Below, in pieces: positions 1 through 6,805 of a stretch of DNA of 26,266 bases. The notes under the pieces were generated by a model. It worked only from the letters and a program-made list of their open reading frames with translations, did no database searches and was not told the origin of the DNA. Source of the stretch: a virus (Duplodnaviria; Caudoviricetes); the IMG/VR virus record IMGVR_UViG_3300017747_000933, positions 1-26,266 of that record; one strand, given 5' to 3'. The translations under genes and the position numbers were made by a program. Position 1 is the first letter of the stretch; the number at the start of each line of letters is the position of its first letter.

Positions 1-678
1 GCCGTCCACCGTTTGGCGGCACAGCCCTTCCCAAACTTGCTGGTATTCCTCAAAATTGCGGCCCTTGCTGGCTTCCATTTCCAACTGCAACGTTTCAGGA
101 AACCACGGGTTGTCCCAGTAATTGATCTTGATGCTAATGCAGTCCCGCGGCGGGCTGACTACAAACCGCTGGTAAGTTTCGTCCGTTTCCAGTTCAGGAT
201 TAAATGACACCCAAATCTCTGAATCTTGCTTACGGATGGTTGGAATCAGGGTTTTCCAGGATATGCGGCTGACGCTCTGCGCTTCCTCAACCCAGCAAAT
301 GTCCACGCCCTCAAACGACTTAATGTTGGTCGGGTTGTTCTTCAGGCCAATGAACGCGAATTCGGTGCCGTTAGCGCCGCGGATGCTGATTTGCGTAATC
401 TCATAAAAGCCCAGTAGCCCCAGGGCTTCAATCTGGTCGGACAGCAGCTTGTGGACGGAATCTTTAATGCTGATCTGAAACTCACGCGCACACAGAATCC
501 GCATGGGCTTTTTGGCGCCCAGGATTAGCAGCGCCCTGGCAATCCCCCACGACTTGGCGCCACCTCGCCCACCGTACAAAACTTTGTAGCGGCTTTTGCG
601 GAACAGTCCTTCCAGCTTAACTGGGAACTGGGCCTTGGCGACCGCCTGGTCAATGTTCGATGTCGCGCTCTGATCCAT
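1..678 (-). CDS. terL: Terminase large subunit, PBSX/Terminase_3 type, N-terminal ATPase part (runs off left edge)
   Basis: Not in the ORF track; translated by hand from ATG at 676-678: MDQSATSNIDQAVAKAQFPVKLEGLFRKSRYKVLYGGRGGAKSW...ILCAREFQISIKDSV...IKSFEGVDICWVEEAQ...IWVSFNP. Has Walker A GGRGGAKS and Walker B WVEEA; overlaps the end of terS. Confidence 0.95.
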   Translation of the reverse strand, partial: MDQSATSNIDQAVAKAQFPVKLEGLFRKSRYKVLYGGRGGAKSWGIARALLILGAKKPMRILCAREFQISIKDSVHKLLSDQIEALGLLGFYEITQISIRGANGTEFAFIGLKNNPTNIKSFEGVDICWVEEAQSVSRISWKTLIPTIRKQDSEIWVSFNPELETDETYQRFVVSPPRDCISIKINYWDNPWFPETLQLEMEASKGRNFEEYQQVWEGLCRQTVDG

Positions 679-1195
679 CGGGGCTTACAAACATGACTTG
701 AATGCCCGCAAGCGGGGCGCCGTCCTTACCGGTTATTTCCTGCTCTACCTTGTCGCGCCAGCCCAGGACATTCTTGGCCGTAAAGATGGCAAACGTGCTG
801 TTATACGCGCCCGTGATCGTTCCTTCGACCAAATTCGCCTCTTGCAAACTCTTAGCTATTTTATAGGCGTCGGAAAATCGCGGATGCTTTAGGCTTCCGT
901 CCAAGTTTTTTGCGACTGACCAATCGTGCAATGTGTCACGGCACACACCAATATTAGTTGCAAATCGCGCAAGTGTCGGGAAAAAGCCAGGCAGGATTTG
1001 CGTGGTTTCGTTGCCCTTGGCGTCCTTAACCACAACTTCCCTGGTGGGCGGCTGCTTAAAAAATTCGACAAGTTCATCAGCAAACTCGTCCCTATACTTG
1101 GGCGGGCGTCCGGCACTCTTATCGACTGGCAGTGCGGCTGGGGGCTGGTCAGCTTTGGGTCGCCCCCGCCGTTTGACGGTGGCTTCAGCGGTCAT
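650..1195 (-). CDS. terS: Terminase small subunit (181 aa)
   Basis: GRPPKY start, HTH-like PTLARFATNIGVCRDTLHDW, C-terminal AIFTAKNVLGWRDKVEQEITGKDGAPL typical of TerS; directly upstream of terL. Confidence 0.88.
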   Translation of the reverse strand: MTAEATVKRRGRPKADQPPAALPVDKSAGRPPKYRDEFADELVEFFKQPPTREVVVKDAKGNETTQILPGFFPTLARFATNIGVCRDTLHDWSVAKNLDGSLKHPRFSDAYKIAKSLQEANLVEGTITGAYNSTFAIFTAKNVLGWRDKVEQEITGKDGAPLAGIQVMFVSPDGSERDIEH

Positions 1196-1341
1196 TTCTT
1201 ACCCTTGGCTGGTTTCTTGGCGGCTTCGCGTTTGACCGAATAAGCAATAGCGACAGCCTGTTTGACAGGCTTGCCCGCTTTTACTTCGGCTTTGATGTTC
1301 TTTTCAAACGCTTTGTTCGATGTCGATTTGGTCAGCGGCAT
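1192..1341 (-). CDS. Small Lys-rich hypothetical protein (49 aa)
   Basis: Hand translation MPLTKSTSNKAFEKNIKAEVKAGKPVKQAVAIAYSVKREAAKKPAKGKK; AGGAG upstream; stop overlaps the terS start (ATGA). Confidence 0.8.
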   Translation of the reverse strand: MPLTKSTSNKAFEKNIKAEVKAGKPVKQAVAIAYSVKREAAKKPAKGKK

Positions 1342-1486
1342 TGTCGGCTCCTTTGGTTTGGCTTAGTTCAGCCAGTACACGGTTGTACTCTTGGATGGCG
1401 CCGCTGATCTGCAACAGGATGGATTCGTGTTGCTTCGCCAGTTCTTGCAGTTCAGCCAGGCGTTTAGCAATTTGGTCAGGTGTCAT
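1304..1486 (-). CDS. Small coiled-coil hypothetical protein (60 aa)
   Basis: ORF track; heptad-like pattern; ATGA overlap with the upstream ORF. Confidence 0.7.
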   Translation of the reverse strand: MTPDQIAKRLAELQELAKQHESILLQISGAIQEYNRVLAELSQTKGADNAADQIDIEQSV

Positions 1487-1644
1487 TTGTTTTTTGCCGT
1501 TTTGGCACTTTGTTTAAAGGCTTTGGATGTTGGGGCGCCTGGGTCACCAGGGCTTCGCATCCGTTCAGGGGTTTTGCCCGCGGCTTTCTGGCGCTCTATG
1601 CGCTCACGCTTGGCGTGGATGTTGGCATACAGTCCTTTGGCCAT
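1483..1644 (-). CDS. Small basic hypothetical protein (53 aa)
   Basis: Hand translation MAKGLYANIHAKRERIERQKAAGKTPERMRSPGDPGAPTSKAFKQSAKTAKKK; TAATG and ATGA overlaps on either side. Confidence 0.8.
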   Translation of the reverse strand: MAKGLYANIHAKRERIERQKAAGKTPERMRSPGDPGAPTSKAFKQSAKTAKNK

Positions 1645-1817
1645 TAGTCAATCCCCCCAGGGTTTTCCACTACGTCGTCCGGTGTGTCTAGCTTGGCCAG
1701 CAACATCCGGTAAATTGCTAGGGAAGTTTCAGCCTGAATTACAAAAGTTTGTGCTTTCTGCAATTCAGACTGAACCTCGCTAATTTCAGCTTCGATAAAC
1801 TCTCGGCTGATTTCCAT
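1644..1817 (-). CDS. Small acidic coiled-coil hypothetical protein (57 aa)
   Basis: Hand translation MEISREFIEAEISEVQSELQKAQTFVIQAETSLAIYRMLLAKLDTPDDVVENPGGID; TAATG coupling at both ends. Confidence 0.78.
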   Translation of the reverse strand: MEISREFIEAEISEVQSELQKAQTFVIQAETSLAIYRMLLAKLDTPDDVVENPGGID

Positions 1818-2410
1818 TACGCAACCGTGCTGACCATAACGTAATAAGTCGTGCCGCCGCTAGTAACGGGAATGGTGTGCGTTACAACTGGCGAACCAAC
1901 TTTGGCGCGGAATACACCGGTTGCGCTTACTGCGGGCATGGCAGCAAAGTTACCGACTTCGCCAGTGCCGCTGTTAGTTACGCGCAGGAATGATGCGTTG
2001 CTCCATGTGCCGCCAGATGCAAAGTCCGAATCCAGTTGCAGTGCAGCCAGGGTGCCGCCAGGGTTGGTGGACGAACCGCCGATGGTTGCGCGAATTGCGT
2101 TTGCAGCGCCGCTGATCGTGCCACCAGTGTTCACTGACAAACTGATGTGTGCGCCATTGGTGGTCTGGCCAGCGCCCTGGGCGGCGGTCACTTGCGACAG
2201 CGCCCGCAGGGTTTCACCAGCGCCAGCGCCAGCAAAATTTACACGGGCATACAGGCCACGCATATCGCCCGACGCATGAGTAGTGTTTGAATAAATCTGG
2301 TTTAGGTTGCCCGATGCGGTGTTTGCGATTGGCGCCGACGCGGTGCCAACTTCAAAACTGTTCAAGGCTGGGTCAGCGTATGCAACGCCAATGGCTTGAG
2401 TATTAGACAT
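1817..2410 (-). CDS. Gly/Ala/Ser/Thr-rich putative virion (head fibre/decoration-like) protein (197 aa)
   Basis: Beta-rich small-residue composition; AAGGAA RBS; lies in the late operon. Function is inferred. Confidence 0.6.
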   Translation of the reverse strand: MSNTQAIGVAYADPALNSFEVGTASAPIANTASGNLNQIYSNTTHASGDMRGLYARVNFAGAGAGETLRALSQVTAAQGAGQTTNGAHISLSVNTGGTISGAANAIRATIGGSSTNPGGTLAALQLDSDFASGGTWSNASFLRVTNSGTGEVGNFAAMPAVSATGVFRAKVGSPVVTHTIPVTSGGTTYYVMVSTVA

Positions 2411-2420
2411 GATGTTCCTT

Positions 2421-2696
2421 TCAACAATTCCAATTCTTTAGGGATGCCTTGGCTCGTTCGGCTGGGCCTTTGGCGTGTTTTACCACCCCTTCCATTCTCG
2501 CGCAAAAACTCGCCTTACGTCCAGCGTCGGCCTTAGTTTTCGGATGTGGTGCTGGTGGTTTTAAATTTGCGTCATTCTTGCGATTGTATTCGGCACGACC
2601 CTTGGCAGTCATCCCCGCACCCTTTTCTGTCGGGTTGTAGGTTTTGCCCTTGCCGGTCGTGGTTTTGGGTATAGGTTTGTCGTGTGCTTTAGCCAT
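2421..2696 (-). CDS. DUF6321-like basic phage protein (91 aa)
   Basis: Motifs GMTAKGR...NLKPP...RKASFCARM...SLKNWNC; start re-called at ATG 2694-2696, right after the groES stop. Confidence 0.75.
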   Translation of the reverse strand: MAKAHDKPIPKTTTGKGKTYNPTEKGAGMTAKGRAEYNRKNDANLKPPAPHPKTKADAGRKASFCARMEGVVKHAKGPAERAKASLKNWNC

Positions 2697-2697
2697 A

Positions 2698-2964
2698 TTA
2701 GTCATCCACAACCATGCAAATGTCAGCTTCCTGAATAATCTGGTAATCCACGCCATCAATGTGCTGAATCGGCCAGTCCAAATAAGTGCCGTTGCCGTAT
2801 TTGATAAATTCGCCGACCCTGACCTCACGCACCGCTGGGCCAACAGCAACAATTCTGCCTTCGTTCATTTTTTCATTATTGACAACGTACAAAATGTCAG
2901 ACATTTTTCTGACGTGCGGTTTGACAATAACGCGGTCACTCAGCGGTTGCAGCGGGCAGGTCAT
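2698..2964 (-). CDS. groES: GroES/Cpn10-like co-chaperonin (88 aa)
   Basis: LQPLSDRVIVKP...EGRIVAVGPAVREVRVGE...IDGVDYQIIQEADI matches the Cpn10 pattern; start re-called at ATG 2962-2964. Confidence 0.88.
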   Translation of the reverse strand: MTCPLQPLSDRVIVKPHVRKMSDILYVVNNEKMNEGRIVAVGPAVREVRVGEFIKYGNGTYLDWPIQHIDGVDYQIIQEADICMVVDD

Positions 2965-3169
2965 TTTTTGGCTTCCTTCCTCGTTTTTTGGGTTCGACCA
3001 TCTCATCAGTCATGATGTCATAAACCGGCATGGCCACAGTAACGGCCAATTGATGCTCCCCGCACCAGTCCATCTCATGTTTATTTTGTGTTTCGGGGAA
3101 TCTACGGCAAAGGCCCATGACCTGGGCCTCGCTAAAAAAACGACAGGATTTGCAGCGCACCCCTATCAT
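2936..3169 (-). CDS. Small Cys-rich putative metal-binding protein (77 aa)
   Basis: CxxC...CRRFP...WCGEH pattern with a KKRGRKPK tail; ATGA overlap with the upstream ORF. Confidence 0.72.
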   Translation of the reverse strand: MIGVRCKSCRFFSEAQVMGLCRRFPETQNKHEMDWCGEHQLAVTVAMPVYDIMTDEMVEPKKRGRKPKNDLPAATAE

Positions 3170-3285
3170 CGGATCGGCTTTCCTGCGCGAACAGCGGCGT
3201 TCAGCGACGCGGCCATTTCTTCGGCGATAGTGCGGACAGCCCGTTCGTGCATCCGCTTCATGCGGTGTTCAACGGGGGTTGCCAC
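3166..3285 (-). CDS. Small helical protein downstream of the zeta-like kinase (about 39 aa; start uncertain)
   Basis: From GTG at 3283-3285: MATPVEHRMKRMHERAVRTIAEEMAASLNAAVRAGKPIR. Fills the gap, and its stop overlaps the next ATG. Alternative starts at 3261 or 3348. Confidence 0.5.
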   Translation of the reverse strand: MATPVEHRMKRMHERAVRTIAEEMAASLNAAVRAGKPIR

Positions 3286-4180
3286 GCGTTCCGCGGTAGA
3301 TGGCTTCGCTGATCTTTCCAGTTCGGTATGCTTCTTCGAGTGCATCATTTAGCCCCTTTCTAACTGCATTGTGGTTCAGTTTGGGCAATTTGTCAAGACC
3401 GCTTACCACTGTTGCATTCCCAGGGCCGCGGCTGTTGTCAATTACCGTCAAATGGAATCGGTGGTCGTTGCCGTACTTTGCTTGCAGCCGTTCCATCACG
3501 TCCCGAACGCCAGCGTGGGTGCGGAAATGTTCTTCGATTGGTACGGTGCGGCCAGTGCCTAGTTCGGCTTCCATGCGTGATGCGCGGGACAGGTTGCCGT
3601 TTTTTAAGGCTTCCACAGGGTCGCGGTAGACGTAGGCAATACCGACCTTGCGGCCAGCAGCCAGGGCTTGCTTGACCTTTTTGTCAGCCGATTCAAACGT
3701 GTTCATGTTGGTGTCGTACACCATTTCTGCGTTTTGAATGCCCTTAGATTGCTGAGCTGCGGCTTGCAAGCTGGTGCTTTTACCTGCGCCAGTGCCGCCC
3801 GCGGTAAACAACACCATGTTGTCGCGCCCTGGTGGTGTCGGCTGCGACAGCTTTTCGGCATACATTTGTTTTACGAACGCCGACGACGGTTCATGCACGT
3901 CAGCCGACTTAGTGCGGTCAGCGCGGTATTCGGGGGACATTTCACGGGCTTCGTCCGTGTTTAGAATGCGCCCGCCGTCAGTTGACGGTAGCGCGGCGTA
4001 TTCCTGCGTCAGACCTTGGTAATCATTGGCCAGACGGTCGAAATACGATTGCTCAATCGGATTGCCCGATTGGGCTGACATCTTTGGCTGCGGAACCATC
4101 CCCGCCAGGGCAGCTTGTGTGCCGCCCATGTCGGGGGGTTGTTGGCCCGCTGTGGCCAATTGCGACAGCGGGGTCGCCAT
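3269..4180 (-). CDS. Zeta-toxin-like P-loop kinase (303 aa)
   Basis: VLFTAGGTGAGKST P-loop, MVYDTN strand, R...GRTVP lid motif, VIDNS motif, plus the ILNTDEARE..PEY...VHE segment. Confidence 0.78.
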   Translation of the reverse strand: MATPLSQLATAGQQPPDMGGTQAALAGMVPQPKMSAQSGNPIEQSYFDRLANDYQGLTQEYAALPSTDGGRILNTDEAREMSPEYRADRTKSADVHEPSSAFVKQMYAEKLSQPTPPGRDNMVLFTAGGTGAGKSTSLQAAAQQSKGIQNAEMVYDTNMNTFESADKKVKQALAAGRKVGIAYVYRDPVEALKNGNLSRASRMEAELGTGRTVPIEEHFRTHAGVRDVMERLQAKYGNDHRFHLTVIDNSRGPGNATVVSGLDKLPKLNHNAVRKGLNDALEEAYRTGKISEAIYRGTRGNPR

Positions 4181-4399
4181 TTATTTCTGGTATGACTTGC
4201 GGTCGTGGACGTAGCAAACGCCCTTAGAACGGCCGCCGTCAAATTGCATATTGCTGCCGGTGGCGTCAGCTTTGCCCATGCCAATGCCGTTCACGACTTT
4301 GCCGTGGCGCTCGCCTGATGCGTCAGATGCGTCAGCACCAGCCGGTGCCTTGCCGCCCGCACCGTAGCCCTTTGGGGTCATCTCTGCGTTGTCTTTCAT
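4181..4399 (-). CDS. Gly-rich hypothetical protein (72 aa)
   Basis: ORF track; AAGGGA RBS; stop abuts the next ATG. Confidence 0.7.
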   Translation of the reverse strand: MKDNAEMTPKGYGAGGKAPAGADASDASGERHGKVVNGIGMGKADATGSNMQFDGGRSKGVCYVHDRKSYQK

Positions 4400-4410
4400 G
4401 GTTTTCCCTT

Positions 4411-4770
4411 TCAGTTTAGGAATTTCAGTTTGTACAGCGTTGAATCAATCAACTGCGTAATTTCGTCGATGATATTCTGAATCTCAGAATCTTGGGGCAA
4501 ATCTTCGCGGGCATCGTCCACAAACTTTTGCATTGTTTTCAGGTATTTGACCGGATCGGTGCTGGCGTGGAATTCGGACGGGTATTTTTTAATCTTGTTG
4601 TATCGGCCCTGATACGCTTCAGCAAAATCGTCAGCCAGTTCGATAATGTCCTCGTAATAATGCCCCAGCGCCTTGTGCGCCGAATACGAATCGGTGGCCA
4701 AGTGCATAAAATGTGTCACCGTGCTGCTATGCAACAAGGTGGCTATAAATTCGGCGGCGTCATCATCCAT
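4411..4770 (-). CDS. Dps/ferritin-like four-helix protein (DUF5856-like, 119 aa)
   Basis: HFMHLATDSYSAHKALGHYYE...ADDFAEAYQGRY resembles the Dps H..H...D..AE ferroxidase pattern; ends LYKLKFLN. Confidence 0.78.
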   Translation of the reverse strand: MDDDAAEFIATLLHSSTVTHFMHLATDSYSAHKALGHYYEDIIELADDFAEAYQGRYNKIKKYPSEFHASTDPVKYLKTMQKFVDDAREDLPQDSEIQNIIDEITQLIDSTLYKLKFLN

Positions 4771-4786
4771 AGGCTAATCATAGACG

Positions 4787-4813
4787 AAAAAAACGGGGGC
4801 GCACAGTCCCCCG
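4787..4813 (-). terminator. Intrinsic terminator ending the replication/nin operon
   Basis: Minus strand CGGGGG-ACTGTGCG-CCCCCG followed by T7, 11 nt after the stop at 4825. Confidence 0.75.
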
Positions 4814-4824
4814 CAAGCTGATGG

Positions 4825-5178
4825 CTACTGCAAAAATGAAAAAAGCCGCTGCCATTCTGTATCGTCAGGCACCGGTACGTCAATAGGCCAGCGGCCCGAT
4901 TCGATTAATTCTTCAACTGTTTTTCGGTGGGCGTACCACCAGGCTTGCTGTCGCTCATGTTTTGACCATTTGCTGCCTTGGTCTATGTCGAAATGACAAG
5001 TAAAGCACAGGGCTGCAATTAAGTTGTCGTCCGACTTAATCGACCGGCCTTTGCCGCCGCCCCAGTTGGTGTGCGACGCTTGGACGCCAACACCGCAGCC
5101 GCATAGCTGGCAATCCAGTTCGGCAACGATTTTCAGCAGTTTTTTGGAACGAATGTATTTTCTTTTTTGGATTTGCAT
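4825..5178 (-). CDS. DUF1364/DUF968-like Zn-binding HNH-type nuclease (117 aa)
   Basis: CQLC...VQASH.N..GGKG..IKSDD..IAALCFTCH; nin-region position; start re-called at ATG 5176-5178. Confidence 0.72.
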   Translation of the reverse strand: MQIQKRKYIRSKKLLKIVAELDCQLCGCGVGVQASHTNWGGGKGRSIKSDDNLIAALCFTCHFDIDQGSKWSKHERQQAWWYAHRKTVEELIESGRWPIDVPVPDDTEWQRLFSFLQ

Positions 5179-5201
5179 AATTTGTCGCTTTCGCCACAAC
5201 G

Positions 5202-5603
5202 TCACAACTCGATTCCCTGTTGCACCGACCAAGCATACAGCCATTCGATAAACTCGCTGGCGTCCTCAACGCTGAATTTGTGGCTCTGCCAGCCCAATTG
5301 CACCACCCGTTCGCCGTCCAGGCTTGGCGCGACCTTCCCGATCTTGCGGTTGGTTTCATGCGCCCACTGGTCGATTAAAAGCCGCTTCCAGTCATCATCC
5401 GACCAAGTTGACCCCGCGGCTCGCATCATGGCGCCAATCTCACCAATCATGGCGTGGAATTTGGCGTTTTGATCCAGGCTGCGCGTGGCCTTTTTAAGTT
5501 CCAAGCGCATTTTGTTGCCGGTGGCCAAATTGGTTTTAATGTCCGGCCAAATGCGTTCCATCAACATTTTGGCTTGTTGTGGATTTTCTAATTCAAAAAT
5601 CAT
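5202..5603 (-). CDS. ninB: NinB-family recombination protein (133 aa)
   Basis: RSLDQNAKFHAMIGEI...W..DDWKRLL...PSLDG...SHKFSVEDASEFIEWLYAW; start re-called at ATG 5601-5603 (ATGA overlap). Confidence 0.88.
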   Translation of the reverse strand: MIFELENPQQAKMLMERIWPDIKTNLATGNKMRLELKKATRSLDQNAKFHAMIGEIGAMMRAAGSTWSDDDWKRLLIDQWAHETNRKIGKVAPSLDGERVVQLGWQSHKFSVEDASEFIEWLYAWSVQQGIEL

Positions 5604-5890
5604 TTCAACACCCTTATCACGCGCAACGCTGCGTCCACAGAATCGACCACGGCCAACGGGCCGCCCCGCCAGGCACCATGCCAAATTAATTGGTCTTCAG
5701 TCAGCCGCCGTTCGGATGGCGGTTTTTGACCGTCCTTAACTTCAAGTAAAAAGGTTTGCCCCTGGTAACCCACCAACAAATCAGGGACGCCCTTGCCAAC
5801 TGCCGCCAAAGTCTGAACACTAGCACCGACGGCTCTAAGTGCCTTGACCACGTTTTCCTGGTTTTCATCAACCCTCGCCGCCCGCCGCAT
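5600..5890 (-). CDS. VRR-NUC-like PD-(D/E)XK nuclease / resolvase (96 aa)
   Basis: RVDENQ...GVPDLLVG...LLEVKDG...LTEDQ; start re-called at ATG 5888-5890. Confidence 0.85.
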   Translation of the reverse strand: MRRAARVDENQENVVKALRAVGASVQTLAAVGKGVPDLLVGYQGQTFLLEVKDGQKPPSERRLTEDQLIWHGAWRGGPLAVVDSVDAALRVIRVLK

Positions 5891-6107
5891 CTTTTTCCTT
5901 TTTGATGTCATCCAGCAGCATGGCCAACTTAGCCTTGCCCCTGGCCCGTTCTATGTCTAGCTTGGTCATCGCCCACCAACTGTCAGCAGCACGTTTGCCT
6001 TTTTTCTTGACTTGATAGTTGTAGCGCTTAATCCAGTCCCGCGCTTCGCAGACACGGCGCCATTCTTCGCCATAAGTGTGCGGTAGTTTTTCGTTAGTCA
6101 TGGTCAT
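5868..6107 (-). CDS. Hypothetical protein (79 aa)
   Basis: ORF track; EEWRRVCEARDW motif; packed within the operon. Confidence 0.7.
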   Translation of the reverse strand: MTMTNEKLPHTYGEEWRRVCEARDWIKRYNYQVKKKGKRAADSWWAMTKLDIERARGKAKLAMLLDDIKKEKDAAGGEG

Positions 6108-6210
6108 TAATGTCCATGTAAACCATTAATGCAATTAAAAAAATAATTAACAAAAATCCAGCGCCTATCATGGCGGCGCCAACAAAACTAATAATGTTAT
6201 AAATCGTCAT
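6094..6210 (-). CDS. Single-TM small protein (38 aa)
   Basis: Hand translation MTIYNIISFVGAAMIGAGFLLIIFLIALMVYMDINDHD; fills the gap between neighbours. Confidence 0.55.
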   Translation of the reverse strand: MTIYNIISFVGAAMIGAGFLLIIFLIALMVYMDINDHD

Positions 6211-6361
6211 GGCTGTTCAACGCTTTGTGCCTGGCATTAAATTCGCGCATATCCATTGCCAAATCAGCCACGCCGTGCCAATCTTCTAGCGCAATCATGA
6301 CCTGCAAATACTCTAACAAAACTCTGCGTTGGGTTTCAAATTGCGTGTAATCGGGTTTCAT
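6197..6361 (-). CDS. Hypothetical protein (54 aa)
   Basis: Hand translation MKPDYTQFETQRRVLLEYLQVMIALEDWHGVADLAMDMREFNARHKALNSHDDL; AGGAG RBS and ATGA overlap. Confidence 0.75.
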   Translation of the reverse strand: MKPDYTQFETQRRVLLEYLQVMIALEDWHGVADLAMDMREFNARHKALNSHDDL

Positions 6362-6558
6362 GTGTTCTTCTCCTTTAGCTTGGCTTCAATGGCGCGATAA
6401 AATACGTTACCTCGATTGCTGTAACACGCCAAAAGTTCCTCATCCGTCAGCCCCTGCCATTCTTTCTTTTTGTGATATTGCTCTTGGTAAAACTTCAATG
6501 CGTCGCTCTTATTACTAAAAGCCAAATCGCCGTCAATAACGTAATCATCACCGCCCAT
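6358..6558 (-). CDS. Hypothetical protein with EWQGLTDEE...EAKLKEKN module (66 aa)
   Basis: ORF track; AGGAG RBS. Confidence 0.72.
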   Translation of the reverse strand: MGGDDYVIDGDLAFSNKSDALKFYQEQYHKKKEWQGLTDEELLACYSNRGNVFYRAIEAKLKEKNT

Positions 6559-6664
6559 TGTTCTTCTCCTTCAGCTTGGCTTCGGTCATCGCAACACAAT
6601 GCGGCCCGTTGTTTGATTCCCATGCCAAATAAGTTCTCTCCTCATCCGTCAGCCCCTGCCATTC
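6364..6664. repeat. Two pairs of direct repeats shared by adjacent genes
   Basis: tcctcatccgtcagcccctgccattc is identical at 6437-6462 and 6639-6664; gttcttctcctt[t/c]agcttggcttc occurs at 6364-6387 and 6560-6583. Confidence 0.9.
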
Positions 6665-6805
6665 GCGTTCAGGCTGCGCTATTCGGGTGCGGAGCATTTT
6701 GACTAAGTTGTTTTCAAGGGTGGTAACGTCTTCAGCTTCCTCTAAAAACAATTCAAACACTTCTAATAACTGCTGTGCTTCCTCGCGTGTTAGTGTGATG
6801 GTCAT
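6548..6805 (-). CDS. Hypothetical protein with EWQGLTDEE...EAKLKEKN module (85 aa)
   Basis: ORF track; ATGA overlap. Confidence 0.72.
   Translation of the reverse strand: MTITLTREEAQQLLEVFELFLEEAEDVTTLENNLVKMLRTRIAQPEREWQGLTDEERTYLAWESNNGPHCVAMTEAKLKEKNNGR

Noticed and set aside
6364-6664. Repeat pair as a diversity-generating retroelement TR/VR or a CRISPR array
   Set aside because: No reverse transcriptase or cas gene in the window, only two copies, and the intervening sequences are unrelated instead of differing at adenines.
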